From contig NC_086122.1 of the NCBI RefSeq assembly GCF_963921235.1, forward strand, positions 26,040,001 through 26,104,000: DNA of 64,000 nucleotides, given 5' to 3'. The notes beneath the pieces were generated by a model. The model saw only the letters and a program-made list of their open reading frames with translations. It was not told where the DNA came from and made no database searches. Below, piece by piece: positions 49,540-62,374 of the stretch. Position numbers and translations under genes: made by a program. This stretch comes from Mobula hypostoma. Its lineage: Eukaryota. Within the stretch, counting starts at the first letter, position 1; every line of letters starts with the position of its first letter.

Positions 49540-50090
49540 CAGAATCAGAATCAGGTTTATTATCATCGGCATGTGTCGTGAAATTTGTTCACTTAGCAGC
49601 AGCAGTTCAATGCAATGCATAGTATAGAATGAATAAATAAACAAACAGACAAATAAATAAATAAATTGCAGTATATGTATATTGAATAGCTTAAAAATTG
49701 TGCAAAACCAGAGGTTTAAAAAGTGAGGTAGTGTTCATGGGTTCAATGTCCATTTAGGAATCGGGTGGCAGAGGGGAAGAAGCTGTTCCTGAATCGCTGA
49801 GTGTGTGCCTTCAGTCTCCTGTATTTCCTGCCTGATGGTAACAATGAGAAAAGGGCATGCCCTGGGTGCTGGGGGTCCTTAATAACAGATACTTCCTTTC
49901 TGAGACATCGCTCCCTGAAGGTGTCCTGGGTACTTTGTAGGCTAGTACCCAAGATGGAGCCAACAAAATTTGCGATCCTCTGCAGCTTCTTTCAGTCCTG
50001 TGCAGTAGCCCCCAACTCCCCATACCAAACAATGATGCAGCCTGTCAGAATACTCTCCACAGTACATCTATAGAGGTTTTTGAGTGTACT
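49540..50090 (-). mobile_element. Rex1/Babar-type LINE 3' fragment
   Basis: IKDPQHPGHALFSLLPSGRKYRRLKAHTQRFRNSFFP; (ctgatt)n tail. Confidence 0.85.
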
Positions 50091-50479
50091 CTACAAAGTT
50101 CAGGAAAGGTAGATCATTCCTTAATGCACTTGAATAAATCTTTGTTCATGAGATTTCAGCAGCAGTTTTAAATTGACATCTGCTATGTGAACCTTTCACA
50201 CTTTAGAAAACGCTTCAAAAAAAAAGGAGGGAAAATGAACAGTATTTAATGTCATGCAAACACCAAAATATCTGCAGATGCTGGAAATCCAAAGCAACAC
50301 ACACAAAATGCCTGGAGGAACTCAGCAGGTCAGGCAGTATCTATGGAAAAGAGTAAACAGTCGATGTTTTGGGCCAATACCTTTCTCTTCATTACTTAAT
50401 CTGGATGGTTGAAAGTAAAAAGTTTCAAATGAATAAAGACTCAATGTTCCCTCTTAGATGTGCGTGTGTGCGCCTCACA

Positions 50480-53400
50480 CATCTATTGCTGTACTAGCGC
50501 ACAAAGGGATTTAAACTGCACACAAAAAGGTTGTTACCCTCTACCTCATTGGCATGTAAAGTTCTGCAAGACAAATTTAAAGAGTTAGGTGGGAAGCTTA
50601 GGGACAGAACTGACAAGGTGGTCTTCTCGGAAGTTCTGCCTGTGCCACGCACCAGTTCAGTAAGATAGAGGAGATCAGAAGATTTAACGTGGCTCAAGTC
50701 AGAGGGGCATAGGTTTATGGGACACTGGGGCACCTTTTGGGGCAGATGGAACCTGTACCACCGGGATGGGTTGCATTTGAACCGGGGGGGGGCACTAGTA
50801 GTGTGCTGGGCAGCATATGCTTCAGTTAGTAGAGGACTGCTTAAACTAGGGAATGGGGGAGCAGGGAACTTAGAGCAGGCCAGGCTCAACTGTTTGGAGA
50901 ATAACATATTACGACATAAACCGATTACAGGCTTCAAAAATACAGAAATGGGTCAGAATAGGATGAAAAACATCAGCAACAGACTAAGGATGGCCTGTAT
51001 AAATGCAAGAGGTATTAAGAATAAAATAAAAGGGCTGGAATTATATGCAAGAGCGTACAAGTGTGTCATAATAGCAATAACTGAAAGCTGGCTGACTTCA
51101 AAGGATGGTGATGAATACAGTATTAAAGGATATACTTTACTTAGGAAAGACAGGTAAGATTGTAAAGGCGGAGGAGTAGCCATATACATAAGAGAGAATT
51201 TAAACATGAGGCTGCTTATGATGGGAGATAATCAATACTTAGTGAAAATATCCGGGTGAGAATTGAAAGCAATAAGGATAAAGGAATAACATTGGATGTA
51301 TGTTATAAACCCCCTAATGCCGACAGTGATTTTAATAAACAACTCTAACAGAATATTAGAAAAAGCAAGTTCTGGGGGTGATGTTCTAGTTATGGGAGAC
51401 TTTAATTTCCCAAACATTGAGTGGGAGAACCCAGTGACTAATGGATTACAGGAAAGTGAATTCATTGAGTTATTGAATGACTGTTTTTTGACCCAGCATG
51501 TTGATGCACCAACAAGAGGGGAAGGCCTGTCTAGATTTGATATTCTGTAGCAATCAGGATAGAATTTTGAGTACGGAAGCTGTTGAGCCTTTAGGAACAA
51601 GTAATCATAACTTGTTAGTCACAACGATTTTTTTGGGAGAGCATATCAGTAAAATCCAAAGCCATTAAATTGAATTCCAGACAGGCAAAGTTCGTGCAGA
51701 TGCGGCAAAGACTTCAGAAGGTAAACTGGAAGAAACCACTTGATGTCGAGTGAGCTGAGGAACAATGGGGTTGATCTAAAGAGGTAATACATGCAGTGCA
51801 GGAAATGTTCCTACTCAAGGCCATGAGAAACAATAAAAACAATAGACTGCATGGATGAATAAAGACTTAAATAAAAAGATTATTGAAGAAAAGACAGCTA
51901 TATGAGGAATACAGAAAAAATTAGTAATGATGTTAACCTTAGGGCACATGAGAGTATGAGATCTATAGTCAAGAGGGAAATTCGGATTGCCAAAAGGCAG
52001 GTTGAGAAGGATATTGCTGATAATGCTAAGACTGACCCCAAGAGATTTTTTTCAATGCTTTAGTAGTGAAAGAAAAGTCAAAGAGGAAGTTAAGTGTATT
52101 AGTTAATGTTAAGTGTTATGCCAGTAAGTGTAGAGAAAAATAAGGTTGTTGTAAGTGTCTTTGAGATCTTGGAAAGTAAGGTGTTTCTTCAGCTGAAAAG
52201 TCTGAAAGTTATTAAATCTCCAGGGTCAGACAACATATATCCAAGGGTACTTAAAGAGGTCTGTGATTATATATACAAACCCTTAACATGTATTTTTCAA
52301 AAGTCAGTGAAGACAGGTGAAATCCCTAATGACTGGAAAAAGGATAACGTTGTCTCAGTAAATCAGAAGGGAGACTGCACTGACCCTGGTAACTATAGAC
52401 CAGTAAGTTTAACATGTTTCGTAAGCAAGATAATGGAAACAATAAAAAAGAATGAGATGAAAAAGCATAAAAACAGGCATATTTGCAGAAAGCCAGCATG
52501 AGTTCAGAAAGGGGAAGTCATGTTTTACTAATATGCTGGAGTTCTATGAAGAGGCAACTAAAATTTATAATAACAATACAGCGGTTGATATAATTTACTT
52601 GGACTTTCAGAAGGCTTTTGACAAGGTACCCCACAAGAGGTTAATAATCAAATTACAGGAAGTAGAGATTCAGGGTAAGGTGTGCGAATGGGTGCAGAAT
52701 TGGCTCACAAACAGAAAACAAAGAGTTATGGTGAGAGGATCATTTTCACACCTAGAAGATGTTAAAACTGGGGTTCCACAGGGAGCAGTTTTGGGCCACT
52801 GCTGTTTTTAGTTTACATTAATGATTTGAATAAGCACAGAACAAATAAACTAATAAAGTTTGCAGATTACACAAAATTAGAGGGACGGGCTGATAGGGTT
52901 CAGGCAACAGAATCAATAGAGTTAGATTTAAAGAAAATCCAGATGTGGGCAGATAAATGCCAGATGAAATTTAATGTAAGTAAATGTAAAGTATTACATA
53001 TAGGAAGTAGAAATATTAGATATAAATATACTATGGAGGGGGGGGTCTTGAGTTAGAAAGTTCACTGTATGAGAAGGATTTGGGTGTCCTGGTAGACTCA
53101 TCACTGTCAACATCTGCACAATGCACAGAAGCCAGTAGGAAGGCTAATAGAATGTTGGGCTATATAATGCGCTCAGTGGAGATCAAGTCAAGAAACATTC
53201 TCCTTAAGTTGTATAATGCACTTATGAAACCTCACTTTGAGTGCTGTGTACAATTTGAGTCCTGACAAAGGGTCTCGGCCCGAAACGTTGACTGTTCATT
53301 TCCACAGATGCTGCCTGACCTGCTGAGTTCCTCCAGCATGTTGTGCGTGTTGCTTTGGTCTCCATATTGTGTGAGGACTGTGAAAGTACTGGAGAGTTCA

Positions 53401-53810
53401 GAGAAGGGTGACGAGACTCATCCCAGGTCTGTAGGGTATGAGCTATGAAGAAAGATTGAAAGAATTAAATCTTTTTAGCCTAAGTAGACATAGAATGAGA
53501 GGAGGCATGATAGAAGTGTTCAGAATCATAATTAAGCTGAATAACAGCTGCTACTTCAAAATTAATCCATCAATGAGGACACGGGGCCATAAGTGGAGAC
53601 TGGTTAAAGGAACATTTCAGGAACATTTCTTTACACAGTGAGTTGTGGACTCATGGAACAGCCTACCTAGTTGTGTAGTTAAGAACAGTACCTTAGAGGC
53701 TTTCAAATCTAAACTGCATAGTTATTTCAACACCCTATGTGAATAGGAATTTGGCAAGCTTTGTTGGGCTGAATGGCCTGTTCTTGTCAACAACTTTCTA
53801 ATGTTCTAAT
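50480..53810 (+). mobile_element. Old near-full-length CR1 LINE (ORF1 esterase-like, APE endonuclease, RT), multiply disrupted
   Basis: GHWGTFWGRWNLYHRDGLHLN (SGNH-type ORF1); INARGIKNK, AITESWL, MGDFN (APE); KSPGSD, YRPVSLT, YLDFQKAFD, GVPQG, FAD (RT). Confidence 0.92.
53258..53353 (+). mobile_element. Penelope pLTR fragment (hammerhead 53258-53293) nested in CR1
   Basis: agtc-CTGACAA-agggtctcggccc-GAAA-cgtt-gact; interrupts the CR1 CVQF|WSP motif. Confidence 0.85.
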
Positions 53811-53999
53811 ATTTCATGATCGTACACAATCACAATCCCTTTTCCGGTTTCTGATACAGACAGTGTTGACAATACGGAGTTTGCAATGATTTGCCTGCAG
53901 ATTTTAGAACTGACTTATTTATACTGTTTTTATTGAAGAAATTATTCAGTGCGCACATGTTGTTGTCACTGGGCAAAATCTAGGGGACCCAATCTGTCA

Positions 54000-54322
54000 T
54001 GAAATTTGTTAACTTAGTAATACATGATAAATATAGAAAAAATTAATTAATTACAGTAAGATAATATATGTATAGTAAATAGTTAAATTAAAAATAGTGC
54101 AAAAATAGAAATAATTTAAAAAGTGTGGTAGTGTTCATGGGTTCAATATCCATTCAGAAAATGGATAGCAGAGGGGAAGCTGTTCCTGAATCGCTGAGAG
54201 TGTGCCTTCAGGCTCCTGTACCTCCTTCCTGATGCTAACAATGAGAAGAGGGCATGCCCTGGTTTATGGGGGTCCTTAATAATGGATGCCGCCTTTCTGA
54301 GGCATTGCTCCTTGAAAATGTC
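54000..54322 (-). mobile_element. Rex1/Babar-type LINE 3' fragment
   Basis: Near-identical to the 49540 and 61762 copies (gctgttcctgaatcgctgag...gggcatgccc). Confidence 0.8.
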
Positions 54323-54324
54323 GC

Positions 54325-54520
54325 ATGTCCTGGTTATGCAACCACTGACGCCAGGCAGATAATCTCAGAAGAGTATTGATAGTGGCTGGGATCACCCATC
54401 TGGTACGACACCTCCCAAAAGAAGGCAATGGTAATCCACTTCTGCTGAAAAATTTGCCAAGAGCGTTCATGGTCATGGAAAGACCACGATCGCCTACGTC
54501 ATACGACACAGCACATAATG
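54325..54520 (+). mobile_element. RTE/BovB-related SINE fragment
   Basis: gaaggcaatggtaatccacttctg resembles the RTE 5'-UTR motif gaagggaatggcaaaccacttc. Confidence 0.5.
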
Positions 54521-55679
54521 AAAGAACAAAAGAAAGTTAACCTACATAAAAGTCACACATTTCTGAACTAGCAATTTACTTCATTGTTCATACTGTATAA
54601 ACAAAATGTCTGTAACCTTCCTTCAGTCATTCAGGAATGGGTTTTAGTGAAAATTGCTGTTATCTCATAGCCTAATGGAGCTTTGGGTAATGTATAACTC
54701 TAAAAAGTAACCATAAGATTGGTTTCCATGTAACTTCTTTATTACAGCTGCTTGCCTGCTGTATGTTCTCAGAGTTTATTCACCCAATACTCAGCTCATG
54801 ATTTGTTTAAACATAGTTTCAAATCACATTCTGTGTTAAATCATCTACATAAAGGTTCTATATCTCAAGGTCAGTATCATTGGTCATTAAAATCCACGAG
54901 GAGAAAAACTGGCCCTTTGCCAGCAAAAAAAAAATCTCCTAGAGCTCCCTTACAAGTACTCAGGGCAAAATACTTACCAAGGAGGTGAAGAAGTAATGGG
55001 AAACATTGAATCCTACAATGTTCCCTCTAATTTGTACTGACCAGTGTGCACAAAAGTCTTGCGCTGTGCAATTTTTTGCCCAGTGACAACATGTGCATAT
55101 TGAATTTTTAAGTGGAAGTAAACCTGAAGCTATTCTAAGGATAATAAGTCATTCTGTTTTAAATGAATTAGCAGTTCTCCTGCAGCTTCACACCCTTTGC
55201 TTCTTTGGAATTCGACTTAGTGAATCAATAATTTCTTCAATACAGTTTCCTCTTTTTTAAATTATTTCTGTTTTCGCACTATTTTTGATTTAACTATTTA
55301 ATATACATATTTACTATCTTACTGTAATTAAATAATTTATTTTTCCTACATTTATCATGTATTACATTGTACTGCCACAGCAAATCTGAATGTGAATTTT
55401 GCACTATCCTGTTTCAAGGTCAAATACGAATTAGCTGAAGAACCCAGGGATACATTCTTCTCTATGAATGCAGCCACAGAATACTGAATCTCCAGATATG
55501 ATGGATTTTATACTAATGTTTCTAGAAATGTTTTTAGAAGTTGGTATTTCTAAGACATCCGGCATTTGTAATGTCTAAGAATGTTATATCAGAATCAGTT
55601 AATGGTACAGGTCCAAGGTATAAAAAAAGTTGGGAACTCCTGATCTAGATCCACGTCTTATCACAGTAATTCTCCTCAC

Positions 55680-56220
55680 CATATAAGAACATATGAAATA
55701 GGAGCAGGAGTCGGCCACCTGGCCCGTCGAGCCTGCTCCACCATTCAATAAGATCATGGCTGATCTGACCATGGACTCATCTCCATCTACCTGCCTTTTC
55801 CACATAACTCTTAATTCCCCTACTATGCCAAAATTTATCCGAACTTGTCTTAAATATATTCACTGAGGTAGCCTCCACTGCTTCAGTGGGCAGACAATTC
55901 CACAGATTTACCACTCCTTGGGAAAAGCAGTTCCTCCTCATCTTCATCCCAAATTTATTCTCCCGAATCTTGAGGCTATGTCCCCTAGTTCTAGTCTTAC
56001 CTATCAGTGGAAAGCACTCTCTCTTATCTATCCCTTTCATAATATTATATGTTTCTATAAGTAATCCTCTCATCCTTCTGAATTCCAGCGAGTAGAGTCC
56101 CAGGCGACTCAATCTCTCCTCATAGTCTAACCCCCTCATCTCTGGAATCAACCTGGTGAACCTCCTCTGCACCACCTCCAAAGCCAGTATACCCTTCCTC
56201 AAGTAAGGAGATCAGAACCG
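55680..56220 (-). mobile_element. CR1 LINE 3' fragment
   Basis: RKGILALEVVQRRFTRLIP...RTRGHSLKI...VVNLWN. Confidence 0.92.
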
Positions 56221-56249
56221 CTCCAAAATAAGGTATTTCCTCGCACGTA

Positions 56250-56640
56250 TTCTGAGGTTAGGTTGAGAAAAAGAGGATGAGAGGTGACTTGATAGCGAGT
56301 ATCAAGGTAAGGGGCATAAGTAGAGTGGACAGCCAGAGACCTTCTGCCAGGGTGGAAATGGCTGTCACAAGGGAGCATAATATAATGAATTTTGGAGAGA
56401 AGTGTAGAGGAGATGTCAGAGGCAGCTTTTTTCTACACCGAGAGTGGTAGATGTGGAATGCGCTGCAGGGGGCAATGGTGGAGACAGATACATCAGGAAC
56501 ATTTCAGAGAGTCGTAGATGGGCACATGAGTGATAGAAAAACAGAGGCCTATGTGAGAGGGAAGCACTAGATTGATCTCAGAGCAGGTTAAACAATGAGC
56601 AGAACATTGTGGGGCCAAAGGTTCTACACTGTTTTATGTT
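56250..56640 (+). mobile_element. CR1 LINE 3' fragment (older)
   Basis: gaggatgagaggtgacttgatag...gagagtggtag...tggaatgcgctg; similar to the 37345 copy. Confidence 0.7.
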
Positions 56641-57759
56641 CCCTATTCAGAATGTGCTTTCTTGCCACTATGAACCAACAGTTGATCAAGACTTGCCTCA
56701 TTAAATCTGGAAGCAACTTTTTGCCTGCCTGACTATATTTCTATTCCCCATTGTCAGACACAATTCATCTACTTCCTCAAAATCCTGTCTGTGCATTGGC
56801 TTGCTAAATGATAGAAGTGATATTGCTCTGCGGTCTTCCTGGGCAAGTTGAAAATGCAAAACAATGAAGTAAGATTAACCTGTCAAGTTGAAAGCAGATA
56901 TTGTCCTACGTTCCATGATCTACGTGTGCTTTCACATCCCTGTTCAGATCCCAACATTACATTAATTTCAACCTCCCTTATTGGAATTAGTTACAAGTTA
57001 GATCAAAGAGAAATACTGATGCAAGTAATCTTTCTATTGCACCCATGCATACATTTACTTGTGCTTATGACAATAAACTCAACTTTGATAGTGTAGTTTG
57101 ATGGCGGTGCGCATAACCTTCCGGTGAAATGATATCATATTTGTTAAGGAGGGGACCGTGCACAATTCTGATTTGATGGAGACAGACGTGAGAAGGCACA
57201 GAGGGACATCTGGAGAAGTTTCTGAAATGCCAGGTTCGCTGCCGCTGCTACTGTGCGATCGAGAATCTCTGGAGAGAAGGCCTCAAAATCCCCGGCTTTG
57301 CCTGCTGCTGGCCACCAAGGCTGGGGTCAAAGTGTTCGGCAGAGATGGTGCTCGGTACTCGGTGTCAGAGGGCTGATCGGAGCTCAAAGTTTTTGGACGA
57401 CTCAGAGTCGGACTGTGGTCAGGCATGGCAGGGAGAGTTTTCTTCCTTCTCCCTTCTGCGTGAGATGTGGAACTTTCGAGAGACTTTGAACTTTTTACTG
57501 TGCTCATGGCCTGTTCTTCATCAAGTTATGGTATTGTTGCACTGTTGTAACTATATGTTATAATTAAGTGGTTTTTGTTAGTTTTTCAGTCTTGGTCTGT
57601 CCTGTGTTTCTGTGATATCACACCAGAGGAATATTGTATCATTTCTTAATGCATGCATTACTAAATGACAATAAAAGAGGACTGCGTGTCCTCATAATCT
57701 AAATAATCTAAATAAATAATCTAGTAGTCATGGGTGACATCGACCAGCCTAGTTTTTTT

Positions 57760-58100
57760 GGACATGAAGCCCTCCTTTGGTCGGGGTCAACCAGATGTTG
57801 CATCCCAGCTGTTAATGTGATACGTGTTCAGAGCAGTACGATATGGAGAGCAAGCTGTTGCCCGTGTAGCAGGCTCCTGCTCCCCATGCAGCTGATGAAC
57901 CCTAAGGAAGAGCAGAGACCAATACAGTTTGGCACCAGCGGCGTCGCAGGAGTTGCCAGTCGGCAGTGAACTCAATGTTGGGACTTCAGCTCCAGATGTT
58001 GCCCTCGGCATTTACTCCTGAAACCTTCCCCCTGAGTGGGTATAGCTCTAAGGTTTGAGATCAGAGTTTTCCTTCTCCTAGATGAGTTGCCTGCGAGCCC
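57760..58100 (-). mobile_element. RTE-related non-autonomous element
   Basis: Paralogous to 35330-35890 (cagtacgatatggagagcaagctgttgcccgtgtagca). Confidence 0.65.
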
Positions 58101-58104
58101 CATC

Positions 58105-58442
58105 TGCCTGAGCAATCTTGTAGACATTTTTGAGAAAGTTACCAGGAAGTTTGATGAAGACAAGGCAGTGGATGTTGTCTACGTGGACTTTAGCAAGGTA
58201 CTTGACAAGGTCCCGCATGGGAGGTTGGTCAAGAAGGTTCAGTCGCTCGGCATTCAAGATGAGGTAGTAATTTGGATTTGTGGGAGAAGCCAGAGAGTGG
58301 TAGTCTGGTCTCTGATTGGAGGCCTGTGACTAGTGGAGTGCCACAGGGGTTGATAATGTGGTTAACTGGATCAGTATATCTGTGGATGACACCAAAGTGG
58401 GAGGTGTAGTGGACAGTGAGGAAGGCTATCATGGCTTGCAGC
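58105..58442 (+). mobile_element. CR1 RT fragment
   Basis: CLSNLVDIFEKVTRKFDEDKAVDVVYVDFSKVLDKVPHGRL. Confidence 0.85.
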
Positions 58443-58776
58443 GGTCAACATCTTCTGGATAGATCATGAAACCATATATTTTACTTCTTTTATGTCTTTT
58501 ACATTTATTTTTCACCTTGAGTGTGATTCTGGAAGTGTTGGAGCCTGTGATTTGCTGTTCGGAGATCATTTGGGTGTTTTAGCACTCTGCAGTCTCCGAG
58601 AAGGTTCTGGGAGGCAGAGGCAGTGTGTGGGAACCTCGTAGCGAGAAGGCTGCAGGACAGAGTGCGAGCTGATGTTCAACTCCACTTCACCAATTAAAGC
58701 TTCCATTATTTGCCAATTAAAGCGACAAAGATTGAATCATCGAGGTGAATGCAGAAGGTGAGTGATGGCTGCCTGC

Positions 58777-58866
58777 CTTTTGATCGTTGGTGGGATCACT
58801 CTGCTACTGGAGAGGGGAGACTGACTTTTGATCGCTGATGGGATCGCTCTGCTACTGGAGAGGGAA
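58777..58866. repeat. Imperfect 48-bp-period tandem duplication
   Basis: cttttgatcg.tg.tgggatc.ctctgctactggagaggg x2. Confidence 0.85.
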
Positions 58867-61761
58867 AGGCCAGCTGCTGTGTCTGGAGAATGTTACCCAA
58901 GTTTTCTGCGTTTTGGATACAGACCATAGTCCTTTTTTTTCAGTCTTATAGTTTTTTATATTCTGTGTTTTTTGCCCAATCATTCCCGGTTTTTTTGTGT
59001 GAGGGGTTGATGTTCCTGTTCCGTATTTGTTCACTTTTTTTCTGCGGGGAGGAGGGATTTGGGGATTGATGATTGTGCTGCCTTGGTTTCGTGGCTATCT
59101 GGAGAAGAAGAATTTCAGAGTTGCATACTTTGATAATAAATGAACCTTTGATATATATAGCTAAAACAAAATAAATATCAAGACACTTCAATGATGAATA
59201 AAGCCATAAGCGAACAAGTATATACAAAGAAATATGTGCATTTTAAGTCCATCAGCAGCTGGGAACATGCATGACAAGTGAAAACAGAAGGTGGTTAGGA
59301 AAGAAGTGAAAATCATTTGGAAGGCAATGACAACTATGAAATTGTTACCAAGGAAATTAAAGCAAAATACTGTTTTACATATATCAATAGAAGGAAAAGG
59401 TTAAGATAGAATTGGATGGGTATCAAGGGTCAGGTAATGATAGACAATATAAATGTTGCTTCAGCACTTATTAGGGAATTGGAACAGGTGGATATTAAAT
59501 GGCTTATTGCCAGAACAGATTAATCCATTAGAAAGCAAAAAGAGCTATATTAAATAAACTCGTTAAGCTCAAAAAGGATAATTCCCTGGTGTAGCAGTTC
59601 AAATGATTGAACCAAAATCATACAGGACAATTGCCACCTGCTTGCAACTATACGGGTTGTTATACTTGTGTGATATGCCCACAGCTCCAATGATTGATAC
59701 AAAGAGTCGAATTCCTGATTTCGATCCCTTATTAGCAATTAGCAAACACACAATTAAGCATTATTGAGCATTATCTCAGCGGTCACCAAGCTACAAATTG
59801 CCACGAAATAAGCAAGAATACGAAACTTATTCCCTTCGTTTTTACCACGCCCCCACTAATGTGACTAGTCACCGTAATAAACACAGAATACATGGCTCCT
59901 ATAACCTGGGCTTAGATGGACTGCACCCACCCATTCAGAAAGAACCTGCAGAAGAGATTGGCAGACACATTACTATATACATTTAATAATCTGTTAGGAT
60001 TATTCCAAAAGACTAGCAAATAGCTATCCCAATACCTGTATTCAAGAAGTAGGTAGAACAGGTCCAGGGAAGTCTTTCAAGTCCAGGGTAGGTAGCTTAG
60101 CTTAGTATTCAGCTTAACATCAGTGGTGGAGATATAATGGAATCACTAAGGAAACTAAGAACAGAAAAATGTCTAGAAACAAAATTTGATGAAAAGTTAA
60201 CATGGACTTCAAAAGGGACCATAAAATTTCTGGTGACATAATGTGCATATTTATTAGATTTTCAAAAGTCATTTGATATAAGGTCCCCCAAACTACTAAC
60301 CCTGAAAAAAAGGTTAGGAAATGCAAAAGTGTTGGGACAAACAATAAAGGAAGCAGAACTTTGCGAATAAAGTTTCACACAGACAACTGAGAAATAGCCC
60401 AAATTGGTTAAGAAGAATAGGTTGTTATTGGCAGAAGTGATTCTAATTGATCTAGGGGCCGTCAAGGTAAGAAGAACTATAAAGTTATAGCATAAGTTAT
60501 CAAGGTCATAAAAACAGCAATCCAAGCACTGGAGTTTGACTGGAAATCTCCCAAATAATATCATAAGTTGCTAAGAGCATCTGTGATTGTTAGGAATCAT
60601 CTACAGCAGAGTTTGCAGTGTTCAGTCTGTAAATCACATTAGCAACTGGAGAAATCATCAAATCAGCCGACTGTGGCTACACCATGCGGACGTGCAGGGA
60701 CAGGGGAGAGCGATGCCCATTTCACTCATTTTATGTCATTCCTAGATGGCATGTTACTCAAGAGGAATTCCAGTACTGGCCATTAACTCCACTGGAGTTC
60801 ATTTGGATAATGACCATTCTCTTTGCCGAGGTGAGAGGGGAGAGGGACTCAGATTGTGATCATGCTGATACATCTTGTGATGGAAGAGTGAATTTGACCT
60901 GCTCCACCAAATCACACTTAACACTCCAATACCTGAGGCAATCATCTTGTAGTTCTCCAAAACTCCATTATTGAGCTACTTTTATTGTTTTTTTTTTGCA
61001 ATCTAAGAGTCAGTAGTTAGTTTACCTCTGTCAAGGAAGTTTCTCTTCTTTACTGCCTGAAATGGCCAAGCTGGCCATCTACAGTAACCTTCTGGAGATC
61101 TAAGAGACTGTAGGCTCTGGAATTTGGAGTAACACACAAAATGCTGGAGGAACTGTGTGTGTCAAGCAGCATCAATGGGGGACGTGGAGATCTCAGCTCA
61201 TCTAGCTTTACTGAAAGTTGGAGAATTCAGAAGTTGTAGGCAGCCCAGAGCTGCTGTTCCTCCAGTTTTCATCTAGCCTCAACTTGGCGGCAGAGGAAGC
61301 CAAAGACAGATATCCTGGTGTGGGAATGGGAATGGCTGGCAATCAGGAGGTCCACAAGGCCACGGCAGACAGAGTGAAGCCACTCAGCCACGCAGTGACT
61401 CATGTTGTGGCCAGATGGCCTGAGTCTGAAGCATTAAATATCTCCTTCCCTCCAATGATGCTGCCTGACCTGCTGCGATCCCCTCGGCATTTTCTGTGTT
61501 GAGGTAACCTCAGATAACACCTATGAGTTGGCTGATTTCCCCAGATAGCTTAGTGACCGAGAGCTGAAGTTTGAGGTAATTGTTCGACCATATCTGTTTG
61601 CTCACTGTTACCCGTCTCAAAGTAGGACAGTTGGCTTCGGTAAGCTGTTTCCACCTCAGTTCGATAGATAATGCATCCCGTGGTCTCCATCCCTTCGTTT
61701 CCTGCCACGCTCTCCCTTTGCTTCCCCCTCTAGGTCCCATGCTTTGCTGATATCTCAGGAG

Positions 61762-62166
61762 CAGTGTCTCAGAAAGGCAGCGTCCATTATTAAAGACCTC
61801 CAGCACCCAGGTCATGCCCTTTTCTGACTGTTACCATTGGGTAGGAGATACAGAAGCCTGAAGGCACACACTCAGCGATTCAGGAACAGCTTCTTCCCCT
61901 CTGCCATCCAATTCCTAAATGGACATTGAAGCTTTGGACACTACCTCACTTTTTAAAATATACAGTATTTCTGTTTTTGCACAGCTTTTAAAATCTATTC
62001 AATATATGTAATTGATTTACTTGTTTATTTATTATTATGCTTTATTTTATTTATTATTTTTTTCTCTCTCTGCTAGATTATGTATTGCAGTGAACTGCTG
62101 CTGTTAAGTTAACAAATTTCACATCACATGTCGGTGAAAATAGACCGGATTCTGATTCTGATTCTG
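61762..62166 (+). mobile_element. Rex1/Babar-type LINE 3' fragment
   Basis: cagcacccaggtcatgcccttttc...gattcaggaacagcttcttcccc; (attctg)n tail. Confidence 0.85.
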
Positions 62167-62285
62167 TGGGGCTGCTGACACTATGAGTTGCCTGCGCCTT
62201 CTGCTGAAAAATTATCTTGCAGATTGGGACTGGAGCACTGTAGGTAGGGACTGTAGATTATCTCTCACCTAGGGGAAAACTATGG

Positions 62286-62374
62286 TGAAATTAAACTAAG
62301 AAAAATGAGAAATCCAACAGCTTTGGCAGACATACTATAATACTCCATTTCTCATTTCCCTTAGTTTAATTTCA
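62286..62374. repeat. 28-bp inverted repeat with 33-nt spacer
   Basis: tgaaattaaactaagaaaaatgagaaat (62286-62313) / atttctcatttcccttagtttaatttca (62347-62374), 2 mismatches. Confidence 0.92.

Noticed and set aside
60684-60974. 96-aa ORF in unique-looking sequence
   Set aside because: No recognisable domain, splice context or promoter evidence.
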